A stretch of 64,000 nucleotides of DNA. Origin: Vermamoeba vermiformis (Eukaryota). The position numbers and the translations under genes were made by a program. Below, one piece after another: positions 62,770 to 64,000 of this stretch (its first letter is position 1; each line of letters opens with the position of its first letter). The stretch covers positions 310,001 to 374,000 of the forward strand of contig JBEWZL010000179.1 in NCBI GenBank assembly GCA_045837725.1, read 5' to 3'. A model generated the notes under the pieces. The model was not told the DNA's origin. It saw only the letters and a program-made list of their open reading frames with translations, and did not search any database.

Positions 62770-63676
62770 ATGGCTTCGTGGAGCTCGTATTTAGCCGATG
62801 AAGTCGCTCTTCAAGTCGGAGCAACAGTGCTGACAAATCTGACTATGATCCCTGCGATCGTGCAGTCCGTGCGCAAGAGAACATTCTATGAACTAGCATT
62901 ATTGTCGGCAACTATGTTCACTTCGATCATGTACCACATGGCGGATACAGTCAAGACAAAGATTTGGGGTATGTGAATTGATTTTTGCTGGCGCATAAAA
63001 ATTTTAAAATAATATGGACTATCAGTTAAAGCATTAGCTTTATGGTGATATCTGCCAAAATTATTTTAAATTATTTGGTTATTTTTGAGGGATTCCGTGT
63101 CAAGTATTCATTTTGTCTCGTAGGAATGACTCCTGGCAATTGGCATCGTTTGGACAACGTTTTCGCAATATTGTCTGCTCAAACTATGTTCATTCACTTC
63201 GCGGATTTCCAAACTCAAGAAGTCAACGAGCTTGTACGATGGATCTGCTTGTTCATCACTTTGTTCTTCCAAGTAAGCTTCATTAATTATTTAATAGCCT
63301 ATTTACACTTCATTAGGAACGTGGACCTTGGGTGGAGATGCATATGATTATTCCTATCGCCTTATCCATCTTAATGATGTTGGTCAAATTCGCCATTCAA
63401 CGACGCGTTCCTAAGTGCAACATCAACTTGTTATACGGCTCATTATTAGCACTCGTCGGTGTGTTCTTTTTCCACCGTGGATTGGATGATGACAATGACT
63501 GGTAAGGCTGTGCCATATAATCAAACCTAGTGTCTAACACGCGTTACAGGTTGCGATTAAATCACGGCTTGTGGCACTCGTTCATCGGATTGGCCACTTA
63601 TTTCTTTTTTAAATCGAAGAACAGTGATTTGAAGCACCGAAAACATCGTCACGGTGAGGCTAAGAAGGACGTGTAA
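62770..63676 (+). CDS. TMEM8/PGAP6/myomaker-like (DUF3522, CREST superfamily) multipass membrane protein
   Basis: TNL.MIP, TSIMYH.AD (SxxxH), WHRLDNVF and LNHGLWH (HxxxH), with multiple TM segments. Confidence 0.8.
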
Positions 63677-63734
63677 TGTACAAATAATATTACATTTATT
63701 TACAGAACATTCTATGCACAATATATTACAATTG

Positions 63735-64000
63735 TTATATCTCGGTCATTTTGACCTTATCTGCCTCATTTTTGATATGCAGAACTACGTCTTTATCGTC
63801 TTTTTTACGATGAACTCGTGCTACGACACCCATTTTTGTCTTCGCAGCGGCAATGTACGGATTTTCAACAGGCTGACGAGCACTATGAAATAGGTTAGTT
63901 CCAAGCGAGTACTACTATATTTACATACACTGATGATGGCGGTGCTCTATTGAATGGTTTGTCACGCCCTCCAAATCGCAGTTGACCTGACTCTTTCTTG
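63735..64000 (-). CDS. 3' end of an unidentified gene entering from the right edge
   Basis: Two GT-AG-joined exons: KKESGQLRFGGRDKPFNRAPPS and ARQPVENPYIAAAKTKMGV...KVKMTEI*. Confidence 0.55.

Noticed and set aside
1-64000. CRISPR arrays, prophage, transposase or reverse transcriptase, alternative genetic code
   Set aside because: No spaced repeats or such ORFs were seen. In-frame stops in conserved genes are explained by introns, and TAA, TAG and TGA are all used as stops.

Overview
Gene-dense, intron-rich eukaryotic nuclear DNA with short GT-AG introns (mostly 40-300 bp), the standard genetic code and about 29 genes in 64 kb. Gene content and style suggest a free-living protist, possibly amoebozoan, but that is inference only. 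I spliced the gene models by eye, so boundaries are best estimates. Recognisable genes: mitochondrial IF2, PRP38B, a divergent actin, a WBP4/FBP21-like zinc finger, NIPBL/Scc2 with an internal PHD finger, a hybrid histidine kinase, CHMP1, MRS2, two SDRs, an F-box-JmjC protein, KNL2/M18BP1, a peroxiredoxin-like protein, SDHAF3, MED4, a TMEM8-like protein and several F-box/BTB/ankyrin adaptors. The most notable observations are: (1) a head-to-head pair about 130 bp apart, made of a SAM-like/globin/PH fusion and a DUF4145/HEPN-like + RRM-like protein; (2) a membrane hybrid histidine kinase whose phospho-His is replaced by Gln, followed by three receiver domains; (3) a giant KNL2 carrying SANTA, CENPC-k and SANT plus an unexplained duplicated ~40-aa motif; (4) an actin lacking its catalytic residues; (5) a 15-nt palindrome-containing motif recurring in introns of unrelated genes; (6) a small secreted Cys peptide missed by the ORF track. 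I saw no tRNA, rRNA, CRISPR array or intact transposon.
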